The translations under genes and the position numbers were made by a program. The notes under the pieces were generated by a model. It saw only the letters and a program-made list of their open reading frames with translations. It did no database searches and was not told where the DNA came from. A stretch of DNA of 64,000 nt from an uncultured delta proteobacterium (lineage in GTDB: Bacteria; Myxococcota_A; Polyangia; Polyangiales; Polyangiaceae): assembly GCA_963782055.1 (NCBI GenBank), contig CAWAIF010000003.1:512001-576000 (forward strand), in the 5' to 3' direction. Shown piece after piece: positions 22,408-40,332 of the stretch (positions within the stretch are counted from its first letter, which is position 1; each line of letters begins with the position of its first letter).

Positions 22408-22489
22408 GGAGGGTTGCCCGAGCGGCCAAAGGGAGCAGACTGTAAATCTGCCGGCTATGCCTTCGGTGGTTCGAATCCACCACCCTCCA
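22408..22489 (+). tRNA. tRNA-Tyr(GTA)
   Basis: GCAGA-CTGTAAA-TCTGC, long variable arm, GTTCGAAT. Confidence 0.95.
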
Positions 22490-22511
22490 CCCTGCTTTCC
22501 TTCGTATTTTT

Positions 22512-22585
<74 letters not shown>

Positions 22586-22679
22586 CGCCCGGAGGGCCTT
22601 GCGTTGGGGTTGCCTCGAGCGTCCCTGGAGACCAGACCCTTCGTCCTCCCGCACGCGCGCGAGCGCGCGTGCACTCGGA

Positions 22680-22705
22680 TTCGAATCCCGTCTCCCGCTC
22701 CGCCC
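22680..22705 (+). repeat. 26-bp direct repeat of the tRNA-Gly 3' end (other copy 22565-22590)
   Basis: TTCGAATCCCGTCTCCCGCTCCGCCC occurs twice. Confidence 0.9.
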
Positions 22706-22867
22706 TTCCCAAGGTTCATGCTCCGGGGGGATCGTTGGCAGGCGAACGAGGGGGCCGACCAGTCGGTCTGTCCGGGAACCGGGGGGTGCAGCGTCCCTGT
22801 TTTCTGGCGCCGCGGTGGCGCGGAAAGACCTGAACAGGTGTCCCGCCGGTTTTGGCTTCCGTTTTGC

Positions 22868-22896
22868 TTGCGCGCCCCATGAGCGTGCGCTAGCTT
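22868..22896 (+). promoter_or_regulatory. Sigma70-like promoter for tRNA-Thr(GGT)-tuf
   Basis: TTGCGC-N17-TAGCTT then GCGCGCCCC discriminator. Confidence 0.5.
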
Positions 22897-22961
22897 GCGC
22901 GCCCCAAACTTCGGAGGGGACGTGTGCACTGCGCTCGCCCCCTCACTACCCCTTTCCACTC

Positions 22962-23033
<72 letters not shown>

Positions 23034-23076
23034 CGGCTCTTTCCAGAGCGCGTCAGCCACCGTCCAGGAGATCGCA

Positions 23077-24267
<1,191 letters not shown>

Positions 24268-24322
24268 TCCCGCAGCGCCCGCCTTCCTCGTCCCGGGGGA
24301 GGCGGGCCCGAAAGCCGCACGT

Positions 24323-24475
24323 ATGAGCCAGAGGGTGAGTGTTTCGCTCGTTTGCTCCGAATGCCAGGGCCGCAACTACAAGACGACCCGACGCACCGAC
24401 AAGAAAGGCCAGCTGGAGCTGCGGAAATTCTGTCCGCACTGCAACAAGCACACCGTGCACAAGGAAGCGAAATAG
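24323..24475 (+). CDS. rpmG: 50S ribosomal protein L33 (Zn-ribbon type)
   Basis: Manual translation MSQRVSVSLVCSECQGRNYKT..LELRKFCPHCNKHTVHKEAK. Confidence 0.95.
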   Translation: MSQRVSVSLVCSECQGRNYKTTRRTDKKGQLELRKFCPHCNKHTVHKEAK

Positions 24476-24481
24476 CCACCT

Positions 24482-24554
24482 AGGGGTTTAGCTCAGTCGG
24501 TAGAGCAGCGGATTCCAAATCCGCAGGTCGTGGGTTCGAGTCCCTCAGCCCCTG
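24482..24554 (+). tRNA. tRNA-Trp(CCA)
   Basis: AGGGGTT/AGCCCCT, GCGGA-TTCCAAA-TCCGC; canonical position before secE. Confidence 0.95.
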
Positions 24555-24569
24555 CGAAAAGAGAAGTCA

Positions 24570-25208
24570 ATGGCCACGGACGAAGAGCTGAAGAAGGATC
24601 CCGAAGAAGAGTCCGGCGACGATGATGCCGAGGCGGAGGCGGACGACCAGGCCGAGGCGGAAGCCGAAGCCGCTCCGGACGCCGAGGCCGAGGCCGGCGC
24701 CGAGAAGGAAGAACAGGAGGACGAGGGCAGCAAGCTGGAGAAGACCGGGCAGGACGAGGAAGAGGAAGAGGAAGACGACGAAGACGACGAGGACGTGGCC
24801 ACGCCGGCGCAGCTCGGCTTTCGCCGCTACGTCTACGCGGCGTACCTCGCCGCGGCCGTCACCACCGCCTTCCTGCTGACCAAGGCGCTCGACTACGCGT
24901 GGTTCAAGCTTGCCACGTGGAAGCCGGAGTGGTTCGGCACCATCGGCGTCGAGCCGCGTGACGAGATCCTCGTCCCGCTGTGCGCCGCCATCGGCATCTT
25001 CCTGGCCATCTACTACTGGCGCAAGACGAAGGTTCGCACGCTGATCGAGGAGGTCGCCGAGGAGCTGACCAAGGTCACCTGGCCCACCCGCCAAGAGGTC
25101 ACCAGCTCCACCACGGTCGTCATCATCGCCACGGCGTTCTCCACCGCCTTCTTCGCGCTGATGGACCAGTTCTGGCTCTGGCTCACCAAGCACGTGTACG
25201 GGTCGTGA
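24570..25208 (+). CDS. secE: Preprotein translocase SecE with acidic N-terminal extension
   Basis: EELTKVTWPTRQEV..TTVVI; three TM segments; synteny. Confidence 0.93.
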   Translation: MATDEELKKDPEEESGDDDAEAEADDQAEAEAEAAPDAEAEAGAEKEEQEDEGSKLEKTGQDEEEEEEDDEDDEDVATPAQLGFRRYVYAAYLAAAVTTAFLLTKALDYAWFKLATWKPEWFGTIGVEPRDEILVPLCAAIGIFLAIYYWRKTKVRTLIEEVAEELTKVTWPTRQEVTSSTTVVIIATAFSTAFFALMDQFWLWLTKHVYGS

Positions 25209-25273
25209 GCTCAATTCCGGCGCGCGGCCTGCCCACGCGCGCCTCACACGCATCAGGGGTTTTCGGGGTCGTC

Positions 25274-25804
25274 ATGAAGAAGTGGTACGTGATTCAGACC
25301 TACTCGGGATACGAGAACAAGGTCCGCGAGGCGCTCCAGCAGCGCATCAAGGAGCACAACATGGAGGAGCGCTTCGGCGAGGTCCTCATCCCGACCGAGA
25401 CGGTTCAGGAGCCGCGCGCCGGCGGGAAGACCCGCGTCCGCCAAAAGAACAGCTTCCCCGGCTACATCTTCGTCGAGATGGACATGAGCGAGGAGGCCTG
25501 GCACCTCGTCAAGGACACCCCGAAGGTCACCGGCTTCATCGGCAACCAGCGCCCGCAGGAGGTCAAGCCTCCGCAGATCGACGACCTCCGCAAGATCATC
25601 GTGGAGGGCGCGGTCAAGCCCAAGCCCCGCGTCTCCTTCGAGGCGGGCAACCAGATCCGCGTCATCGACGGCCCCTTCGCCAACTTCTCCGGCACCGTCG
25701 AAGAGGTCAACCCCGACAAGCAGAAGCTCCGCGTCAAGGTGTCCATCTTCGGGCGCGCCACGCCGGTGGAGCTGGACTTCGCGCAGGTGGAGAAGAGCGC
25801 CTGA
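25274..25804 (+). CDS. nusG: Transcription elongation factor NusG
   Basis: [44 protein letters not shown]. Confidence 0.97.
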   Translation: MKKWYVIQTYSGYENKVREALQQRIKEHNMEERFGEVLIPTETVQEPRAGGKTRVRQKNSFPGYIFVEMDMSEEAWHLVKDTPKVTGFIGNQRPQEVKPPQIDDLRKIIVEGAVKPKPRVSFEAGNQIRVIDGPFANFSGTVEEVNPDKQKLRVKVSIFGRATPVELDFAQVEKSA

Positions 25805-25932
25805 GGCGCGCAACGCAGGCTTAGACACGACACGACACATCACCACTACGGACCGCCCTCGCGGCGACCACCCGTAGGAGCTGGGACCCGAGCCACCGCG
25901 AAGGCCCCAACGAACCGAAGACAGGTAACGCG

Positions 25933-26373
25933 ATGAAGAAGATCACCGGATACGTGAAGCTGCAGCTCCCCGCGGGAAAGGCCAACCCGGCGCCGCCGGT
26001 CGGGCCCGCGCTCGGCTCGGCCGGCGTGAACATCATGCAGTTCTGCAAGGAGTTCAACGCGAAGACCGCCGGCGGGGACATGATCATCCCCGTCGTCATC
26101 ACGGTCTACTCCGACCGCTCCTTCACCTTCGTGCTGCGCACGCCCCCCGCGAGTGTCCTCTTGAAGAAGGCCGCCGGCCTCTCGACGGGGAAGAAGCCCG
26201 GCTCGGGCTCCAAGGAGCCGAACAAGACCAAGGTCGGTCAGGTGACGATGGCCCAGGTGCGCGAGCTGGCGAAGCAGAAGATCGTCGACATGAACACCGC
26301 CGATCTGGAGTCCGCCGTCCGCACCATCAAGGGCACCGCCCGCTCGATGGGCATCGACGTAGTCGAGAAGTGA
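25933..26373 (+). CDS. rplK: 50S ribosomal protein L11
   Basis: [21 protein letters not shown]. Confidence 0.97.
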   Translation: MKKITGYVKLQLPAGKANPAPPVGPALGSAGVNIMQFCKEFNAKTAGGDMIIPVVITVYSDRSFTFVLRTPPASVLLKKAAGLSTGKKPGSGSKEPNKTKVGQVTMAQVRELAKQKIVDMNTADLESAVRTIKGTARSMGIDVVEK

Positions 26374-26445
26374 CCCCCGTACCACCGCCCGGGTAGTCAA
26401 CCGGCAACGGTGGGAGATCCAAGCAACCGATCGAATAGGAGGCAA

Positions 26446-27156
26446 ATGCCGAAAGTCTCGAAGAACCGCGCGAAGGTCGACGAAGTCGTCGATCGCACGC
26501 GCAAGTACAGCGTCGAGGAGGCGTGCGCTCTGGTCAAACAGGCCAAGTTCGCCAAGTTCGACGAAACGGTCGACATCGCTGTCCGTCTGGGCGTGAATCC
26601 CAAACACGCCGATCAGATGGTCCGCGGCGCGATCGTTCTGCCGCATGGAACCGGGCAGACCGTCCGCGTGCTCGTCTTCGCCAAGGGCGAGAAGGAGCGC
26701 GAGGCTCGCGAAGCCGGCGCCGACTTCGTCGGCTCCGACGACATGGTCGCCAAGGTCTCCGAAGGCTTCATGGACTTCGACCGCGTCATCGCCACGCCCG
26801 ACATGATGGGCGTGGTCGGCAAGCTCGGTCGCGTCCTCGGCCCGCGTGGTCTCATGCCGAACCCCAAGGTCGGCACGGTGACCTTCGACGTGGGTCAGGC
26901 GGTCCGCGAGGCCAAGGGCGGCAAGGTGGAGTACCGGGTCGAGAAGGCGGGCATCGTCCACGCCCGCATCGGCAAGAGCTCGTTCGCGGAGGCCGCCCTC
27001 GCGGACAACGCGAGCGCCCTCATCAACGCCCTCGTCAAGGCCAAGCCCTCGACGGCGAAGGGGACCTACCTCAAGAGCATCACGGTGAGCTCCACCATGG
27101 GCCCTGGAGTGAAGGTCGACCCGGGTCCGTACATGGGCCACGTCGAGGAGGGGTGA
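26446..27156 (+). CDS. rplA: 50S ribosomal protein L1
   Basis: [28 protein letters not shown]. Confidence 0.97.
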   Translation: MPKVSKNRAKVDEVVDRTRKYSVEEACALVKQAKFAKFDETVDIAVRLGVNPKHADQMVRGAIVLPHGTGQTVRVLVFAKGEKEREAREAGADFVGSDDMVAKVSEGFMDFDRVIATPDMMGVVGKLGRVLGPRGLMPNPKVGTVTFDVGQAVREAKGGKVEYRVEKAGIVHARIGKSSFAEAALADNASALINALVKAKPSTAKGTYLKSITVSSTMGPGVKVDPGPYMGHVEEG

Positions 27157-27160
27157 CCCC

Positions 27161-27685
27161 ATGGAACGCGCTCAGAAAGAACAGCAGATCGGCGAGATCA
27201 AGTCTCGCTTCGACAAGATGACCGCCGCGGTCTTCCTCGACTTCAAGGGGATGACGGTGGAGCACGCGACCAAGCTCCGGTCGGAGTTCCGCAAGGCGGG
27301 CGTCGAATACAAGGTGTGCAAGAACACGCTCGTCAGGCAGGCCATCAAGGGCACCGCCTACGGCGAGAAGCTCGACGAGGTGCTGATCGGCATGACCGGC
27401 ATCGCGTGGAGCTACGAGGACCCCAGCGCCGCCGCGAAGATCGTCAAGGCCTTCAAGAAGGACTCCGCCGGGGACAAGCTCACCATCAAGGCAGGTCTCG
27501 TCGAGGGACAGATCCTGGACGGCAAGGCCGTCGAGGACCAGCTCGCGACGATGCCCGGCAAGGACGAGCTACGGTCGATGCTGCTCGCGACGCTCCAGGC
27601 GCCCATGCAGCAGTTCGTCCGCTTGCTCAACGCCCCCGCCCAGAACTTCGTCTACGTACTGGCGGCGAAAGAGGACGAGGGCTGA
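27161..27685 (+). CDS. rplJ: 50S ribosomal protein L10
   Basis: DFKGMTV, KVCKNTL; synteny. Confidence 0.95.
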   Translation: MERAQKEQQIGEIKSRFDKMTAAVFLDFKGMTVEHATKLRSEFRKAGVEYKVCKNTLVRQAIKGTAYGEKLDEVLIGMTGIAWSYEDPSAAAKIVKAFKKDSAGDKLTIKAGLVEGQILDGKAVEDQLATMPGKDELRSMLLATLQAPMQQFVRLLNAPAQNFVYVLAAKEDEG

Positions 27686-27746
27686 TTTCTCGGAGGTGGT
27701 TTCCACCTTCCAACAAAGACTCGATTGAAGATTACGGAGAATAACA

Positions 27747-28130
27747 ATGGCTGAGATTACGAAAGAGCAAGTGGTCGATTTCCTCTCCAACATGCCGGTC
27801 ATCCAGCTGGCGGAGATGATCAAGACGCTCGAGGACAAGTGGGGCGTCAAGGCGGCCCCGGCGGCGGTCGCGATGGCGGCGGCGCCGGCGGGCGGCGCGG
27901 CTCCCGCGGCGGTGGAGCAGACGGAGTTCACCGTCGAGCTCAAGGAGACGGGCGCGAACAAGATCAACGTGATCAAGGTCGTACGCGAGATCACTGGCCT
28001 GGGCCTCAAGGAGGCCAAGGACCTGGTCGAGGCCGCTCCGAAGCCCCTCAAGGAGGGCGTCTCCAAGGCCGAGGCCGAGGAGATGAAGAAGAAGCTCGAG
28101 GAAGCCGGCGCCAAGGTCGACCTCAAGTAA
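27747..28130 (+). CDS. rplL: 50S ribosomal protein L7/L12
   Basis: [24 protein letters not shown]. Confidence 0.97.
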   Translation: MAEITKEQVVDFLSNMPVIQLAEMIKTLEDKWGVKAAPAAVAMAAAPAGGAAPAAVEQTEFTVELKETGANKINVIKVVREITGLGLKEAKDLVEAAPKPLKEGVSKAEAEEMKKKLEEAGAKVDLK

Positions 28131-28143
28131 AGCCTGCGCCTCC

Positions 28144-28185
28144 CTCCCCCTCTCCCTCCCCGGGAGGGGGGGCCGGGGGGTGAGG
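28144..28185 (-). repeat. REP-like palindromic element (CCTCACCCCCCG..CCCCCTCCC-loop-GGGAGAGGGGGAG)
   Basis: Reverse complement matches the 37667-37762 unit; degenerate copy at about 28236-28270. Confidence 0.7.
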
Positions 28186-28282
28186 TGATGCTTACTTTTC
28201 CTATTTTGTTTCCAGCTCTCGGTCGTGTCGCTCGCCCCATTCCCCCTTCACGGGGGGCGCGGGGGTGAGGTTAGGAGCAGCG

Positions 28283-32413
<4,131 letters not shown>

Positions 32414-32483
32414 CCTCCGCCGTCTCGGTCCGCTCTCACAAGACTCTTCGGCAGTAGGCAGCAGTCAGGAAAAGGAATAACCG

Positions 32484-36731
<4,248 letters not shown>

Positions 36732-36752
36732 CGTCCCGCCATCGCCACTGCC

Positions 36753-36790
36753 CGGCCGGCTTCGACCCCTCGAGGCCGGCCGTGCTGTTT
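36753..36790 (+). terminator. Probable intrinsic terminator after rpoC
   Basis: CGGCCGGCTTCGA-CCCC-TCGAGGCCGGCCG hairpin followed by TGCTGTTTT. Confidence 0.55.
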
Positions 36791-36988
36791 TGTCCGCTCG
36801 CCCTGCCCTGGCGCGCGGCGGGGGCCTCTTTATTTACACTGCAAGGTGGGAAGGATCCCTGCTCACGAGGCGTAGAACCAGCCCGAAATATACGTGAAGT
36901 CAAAGGGTTATCGATGTTGCTGCATTGGGTCCCACCTTCGGTGCCGATGTGGTATAAAGTCGCTCTTCGGCATACAGGAACCACCGCC

Positions 36989-37663
36989 ATGAAGCTTGCA
37001 CACGCCATCCAGGAAGAGCTCGACTGGGTCATCCCCGAGCCGGCCGACACCGAGGTCAGCCTCGATCTGATCGACGACGAGGATACGGCCGACGAGGCCA
37101 CGCCGTCGCAGCGTGAGGAGTCGTACATCGGCACGCTCCCCCGCGAGGAGGACAACACCTTCGCCGCCCTGCAGACGCGCCACGCCGAGCTGGCGACGGC
37201 GGTCGGCGCGCTGGAGAAGGCGTGCGTCTCCTTCGACTCCGTCGACGTGTCGGCGCGGGCCGCCGAGACGTCGCTGCGTCGCCGGGCCGGCCGCCTCGCG
37301 CTCATCGCCAACGCCCTGGGCGGGGTCATCGACTTCGCCGTCCACCCGGACATCGAGCCGCTCTTCCGCGGCGACGGCGCCCTCGCGCCGTACCTCGCCG
37401 GCGTCTACCTCTGGACGGGCGAGGTGACCGACGTCCTCACCATCGTCGCGCACGATCTCAACGCCCTCAACCCCGACTGGGCCGCGATGCGCGCCCGGCT
37501 GGGGGAGGTCTCCTGGCTCTACGACATGGCGCTCGCCGAGCAGGCGCGTCTGGACGAGAGCGACGTCTTCTCCATCACCGACGAGGATCTCGCCGCGTCG
37601 CTCGACCACGTGATGGTCGGCCTGGTGAGCCTGAAGCGCGAGCTGGAAGAGCCCTTCGGCTGA
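36989..37663 (+). CDS. Acidic alpha-helical hypothetical protein
   Basis: SD AGGA; TGGTATAAA extended -10-like site upstream; genome-like codon usage. Confidence 0.7.
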   Translation: MKLAHAIQEELDWVIPEPADTEVSLDLIDDEDTADEATPSQREESYIGTLPREEDNTFAALQTRHAELATAVGALEKACVSFDSVDVSARAAETSLRRRAGRLALIANALGGVIDFAVHPDIEPLFRGDGALAPYLAGVYLWTGEVTDVLTIVAHDLNALNPDWAAMRARLGEVSWLYDMALAEQARLDESDVFSITDEDLAASLDHVMVGLVSLKRELEEPFG

Positions 37664-37666
37664 GCC

Positions 37667-37762
37667 GCCTCACCCCCCGTCCCTCTCCCTGAGCCTCACC
37701 CCCCGTCCCCCTCTCCCTGAGCCTCACCCCCCGTCCCCCTCTCCCTGAGAGGGAGAGGGGGA
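37667..37762 (+). repeat. Tandem REP-like repeat, 3 x GCCTCACCCCCCGTCCCCCTCTCCCTGA, ending in a hairpin
   Basis: Units at 37667 (26 nt), 37693 (28), 37721 (28); last forms TCCCCCTCTCCCT-GAG-AGGGAGAGGGGGA; lies between convergent genes. Confidence 0.9.
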
Positions 37763-37766
37763 GAGT

Positions 37767-38909
37767 TCACAGGCCGAGGAGGTGCTGCTTCAGGCCGGCG
37801 CCGAAGGCGGTCGGGGTGCCGTCGTAGGCGGTGATCAGCGCGGGGCCGCTGGCGCAGTCCCACACGTTCCACGTCCAGCCCAGGTAGGAGACGCCGCGCG
37901 CGTCCGCCCAGGTCATGTACGCGTCGATGAAGGTGTGGCCGCAGTCGTTCTCCCCGTTCTCTCCGGTGACGAGAGGCACCGCCTTGGCCACCGCCTCGTA
38001 GCGCGAGGTGAAGCACGCCGCGTCGGTGCAGCCGTTGAAGTTGTACAGGTGGAGGGAGGCGGCGATCTGGCCGAGCGGGTCCTTGGGCTGGTGCGCCAGC
38101 CAGCCGGAGAGGTCGCTCGAGTAGGCGAGCCCCGGCACCATGATGACGTTGGTCGCGCCGGTGGCGCGGATGGCGTCGACGAGCGACTGCGTCCCCGCGC
38201 TCGCGTAGGAGCCGCCCAGGTTCTGGCCCTTGATGATGGTGCAGCCGTCGCGCAGGCACGCCCACGGGTCCTGCGTGCTCGCGTTGCTCGTGTCGATGTA
38301 CGGCTCGTTGAAGACGTCGAAGACCACGCCCGCGTCGTCCTTGAAGCGCGCCGCGACCGACTGCCAGAACGCCGGCGCGTGGTCGGCGTCGGCCATCGGT
38401 TGCTGCTCCTTCGGCACGTGCGCGCCGGGCGCGGCCCAGTGCAGATCGAGGACGACGTAGAGCCCGTGAGCCCGCAGCGTCGCCACCTGCGCGGCGATGG
38501 CGTCCCGGTACGCGGCCCCGGAGTACTTGGGGTCGATGCCGTTGATGCCCAGCCAGCACTGCTCGTTGAGCGGAAGGCGCACCGTGTTGATCTTCCAGGT
38601 GAGCATGGGCAGCGCGAGGGAGTCGTCGCTCGGCCCCTCCACGATGCCGTAGCCCTGCACGCACGCGTACTCCGCGCCGGAGTGGTTCACGCCGAGCAGG
38701 CGGACGGGCCCTCCGCGGTCCATCAGCCGGTTGCCCTCGACGTGCAGCCCCGTCGCGCCAGCATCGCCAGGCGGGGCGGCGTCCTGTCCGGCGCCCGCCT
38801 CCTCCGCCGGCGTGGTCCCGCCGTCGGGGAAGCTCGCCTGCGGCGCGCCGCCGCCGCACCCCGCGACCACCCACGCCGCCGCGGCGACGAGCCCGAGACC
38901 GCTTCGCAT
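37767..38909 (-). CDS. Glycoside hydrolase family 5 (cellulase-like) lipoprotein
   Basis: Lipobox VAGC; GVNHSGAEY, VRLPLNE, LDLH, FNEP (acid/base), TGENG (nucleophile), WTW. Confidence 0.9.
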   Translation of the reverse strand: MRSGLGLVAAAAWVVAGCGGGAPQASFPDGGTTPAEEAGAGQDAAPPGDAGATGLHVEGNRLMDRGGPVRLLGVNHSGAEYACVQGYGIVEGPSDDSLALPMLTWKINTVRLPLNEQCWLGINGIDPKYSGAAYRDAIAAQVATLRAHGLYVVLDLHWAAPGAHVPKEQQPMADADHAPAFWQSVAARFKDDAGVVFDVFNEPYIDTSNASTQDPWACLRDGCTIIKGQNLGGSYASAGTQSLVDAIRATGATNVIMVPGLAYSSDLSGWLAHQPKDPLGQIAASLHLYNFNGCTDAACFTSRYEAVAKAVPLVTGENGENDCGHTFIDAYMTWADARGVSYLGWTWNVWDCASGPALITAYDGTPTAFGAGLKQHLLGL

Positions 38910-39031
38910 GACCCCATTGTAGACCCGGGCGCCCCCTCCGCACGGCGCCCTGCCGCTCCACCCATGACGCGCGCGTCACGGTGCCGTCCGGCCGACGACG
39001 CTCCCGCGCGACACGCACGCGGATTCGAACA

Positions 39032-39047
39032 TGGCGCGCGCGTTGCA
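39032..39047 (+). promoter_or_regulatory. Sigma54 promoter (-24/-12)
   Basis: TGGCGCG-CGCG-TTGCA, GG-N10-GC, close to consensus TGGCACG-N4-TTGCW. Confidence 0.7.
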
Positions 39048-39060
39048 ACTCCCGCTTGCC

Positions 39061-40311
39061 ATGCGCTTGCTTGGTCGCCTCCCGTCGGTCTCCCTCGTCG
39101 TGGCGGCGGCGGCGGTCCTCCCCGCCTGCGCCTCCTCGTGTGGTCTGGGGTCGTCCGGCGACGCTCGGGGCTGCGTGAGCTACGCCAGCCCCTCGTGCAC
39201 GGGCTTCCCGGCCACGCCGCACGCCACGACGGCGCCCAACGCGTTCGGCGCCTGCTCCACCACGTGCAACCTCGGCTACTACGACTGCAACGGTGCGCCC
39301 GGCGACGGCTGCGAGTCGACCACTCCTTGTAGCTTTGTGGGCGACGCAGGCGACGGCGGCATCGGTGGGGCGATGGTGACTCTCCAGCACGCCCCGCGCG
39401 GGCTCGCCCTCTGCGCGGGGCGCGCCTTCTTCATCGACGGCACCCAGCTGCGCGAGATGGGCGTCTACGGGTCTACCGTCGCCACCACGATCGCCAACGC
39501 CGGCGACGCGGCCGGCGGGCTGGCGTGCGACGGCGAGCGCCTGTACTGGCCCGTCGCCTCCTCCTCCGACGCCTCGCCCGGCGCCGACGGGGCCATCGCC
39601 AGCGTCGGCGTGGACGGCGGCGCCCCCGAGACGATCACGGCGGGCGTCGACCCCGGGCGCGGCGTGGCCGTTCATCCCTGGGGCGGCGGCGTCTACTGGC
39701 TCGCGCGCGCGGTCGACGGCGGCGGCGGCCTGATGCTGTCGCCCACGGACGGCGGTCCACCTTCCTGGCTGGTGCCGGCGGAGGAGGGCGACGCGGGCAT
39801 CGCGCGCGCCTTCGACCTGTCCAGCACGCGCGCCTTCGGCGTGGCGGGCGGCCGGGTGTGGACGAGCTCCATCGACGGCGGGCCGCAGGCCATCGGCGCG
39901 CCCGGCGCCGTGGCCGTGGCGCTAGCTTTCGACCTGCCGTACGAGGCGGTGCGCGCCGCGCCGGGCGCGAGCGACGCCGGTGATGCCAGCGACGCAGGCA
40001 ATCCGAGCGACGCCGGTGACGCCTCCTCGCCGGTCGAAACCACCCTCCAGGCAATCCTGGACGACGGCAGCACCCTGGACCTCGCCGTGACGGACCCGCC
40101 CGTCGCGATCATCGGCGACCGCGACGCCGACGTGCTCTACGTCGCCACCGACACCTCCATCGCGCGCGTCCCCACGATGGGCGACCTCCCGACCATGGTC
40201 GCCAGCGGCCAGCTCCACGTCACCGACATCGCCCTCGACGGCCCGTACGTCTACTGGACGACCCGCGGCGACACCACGACGTCCGGCACCCTCCGCCGCG
40301 CCCCCCGCTGA
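39061..40311 (+). CDS. Cys-rich lipoprotein with beta-propeller-like repeats
   Basis: Lipobox LPAC; CNLGYYDCNG..DGCE module; LACDGERLYW and IALDGPYVYWT repeats. Confidence 0.7.
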   Translation: MRLLGRLPSVSLVVAAAAVLPACASSCGLGSSGDARGCVSYASPSCTGFPATPHATTAPNAFGACSTTCNLGYYDCNGAPGDGCESTTPCSFVGDAGDGGIGGAMVTLQHAPRGLALCAGRAFFIDGTQLREMGVYGSTVATTIANAGDAAGGLACDGERLYWPVASSSDASPGADGAIASVGVDGGAPETITAGVDPGRGVAVHPWGGGVYWLARAVDGGGGLMLSPTDGGPPSWLVPAEEGDAGIARAFDLSSTRAFGVAGGRVWTSSIDGGPQAIGAPGAVAVALAFDLPYEAVRAAPGASDAGDASDAGNPSDAGDASSPVETTLQAILDDGSTLDLAVTDPPVAIIGDRDADVLYVATDTSIARVPTMGDLPTMVASGQLHVTDIALDGPYVYWTTRGDTTTSGTLRRAPR

Positions 40312-40332
40312 CCTCCCCCTCTCGGCGTGAGG

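Noticed and set aside
37667..37762. 28-bp repeats as a possible CRISPR array
   Set aside because: Units abut with no spacers and no cas genes are present
39970..40026. 18-bp SDAGDA coding repeats
   Set aside because: Common low-complexity linker, also seen in other lipoproteins here
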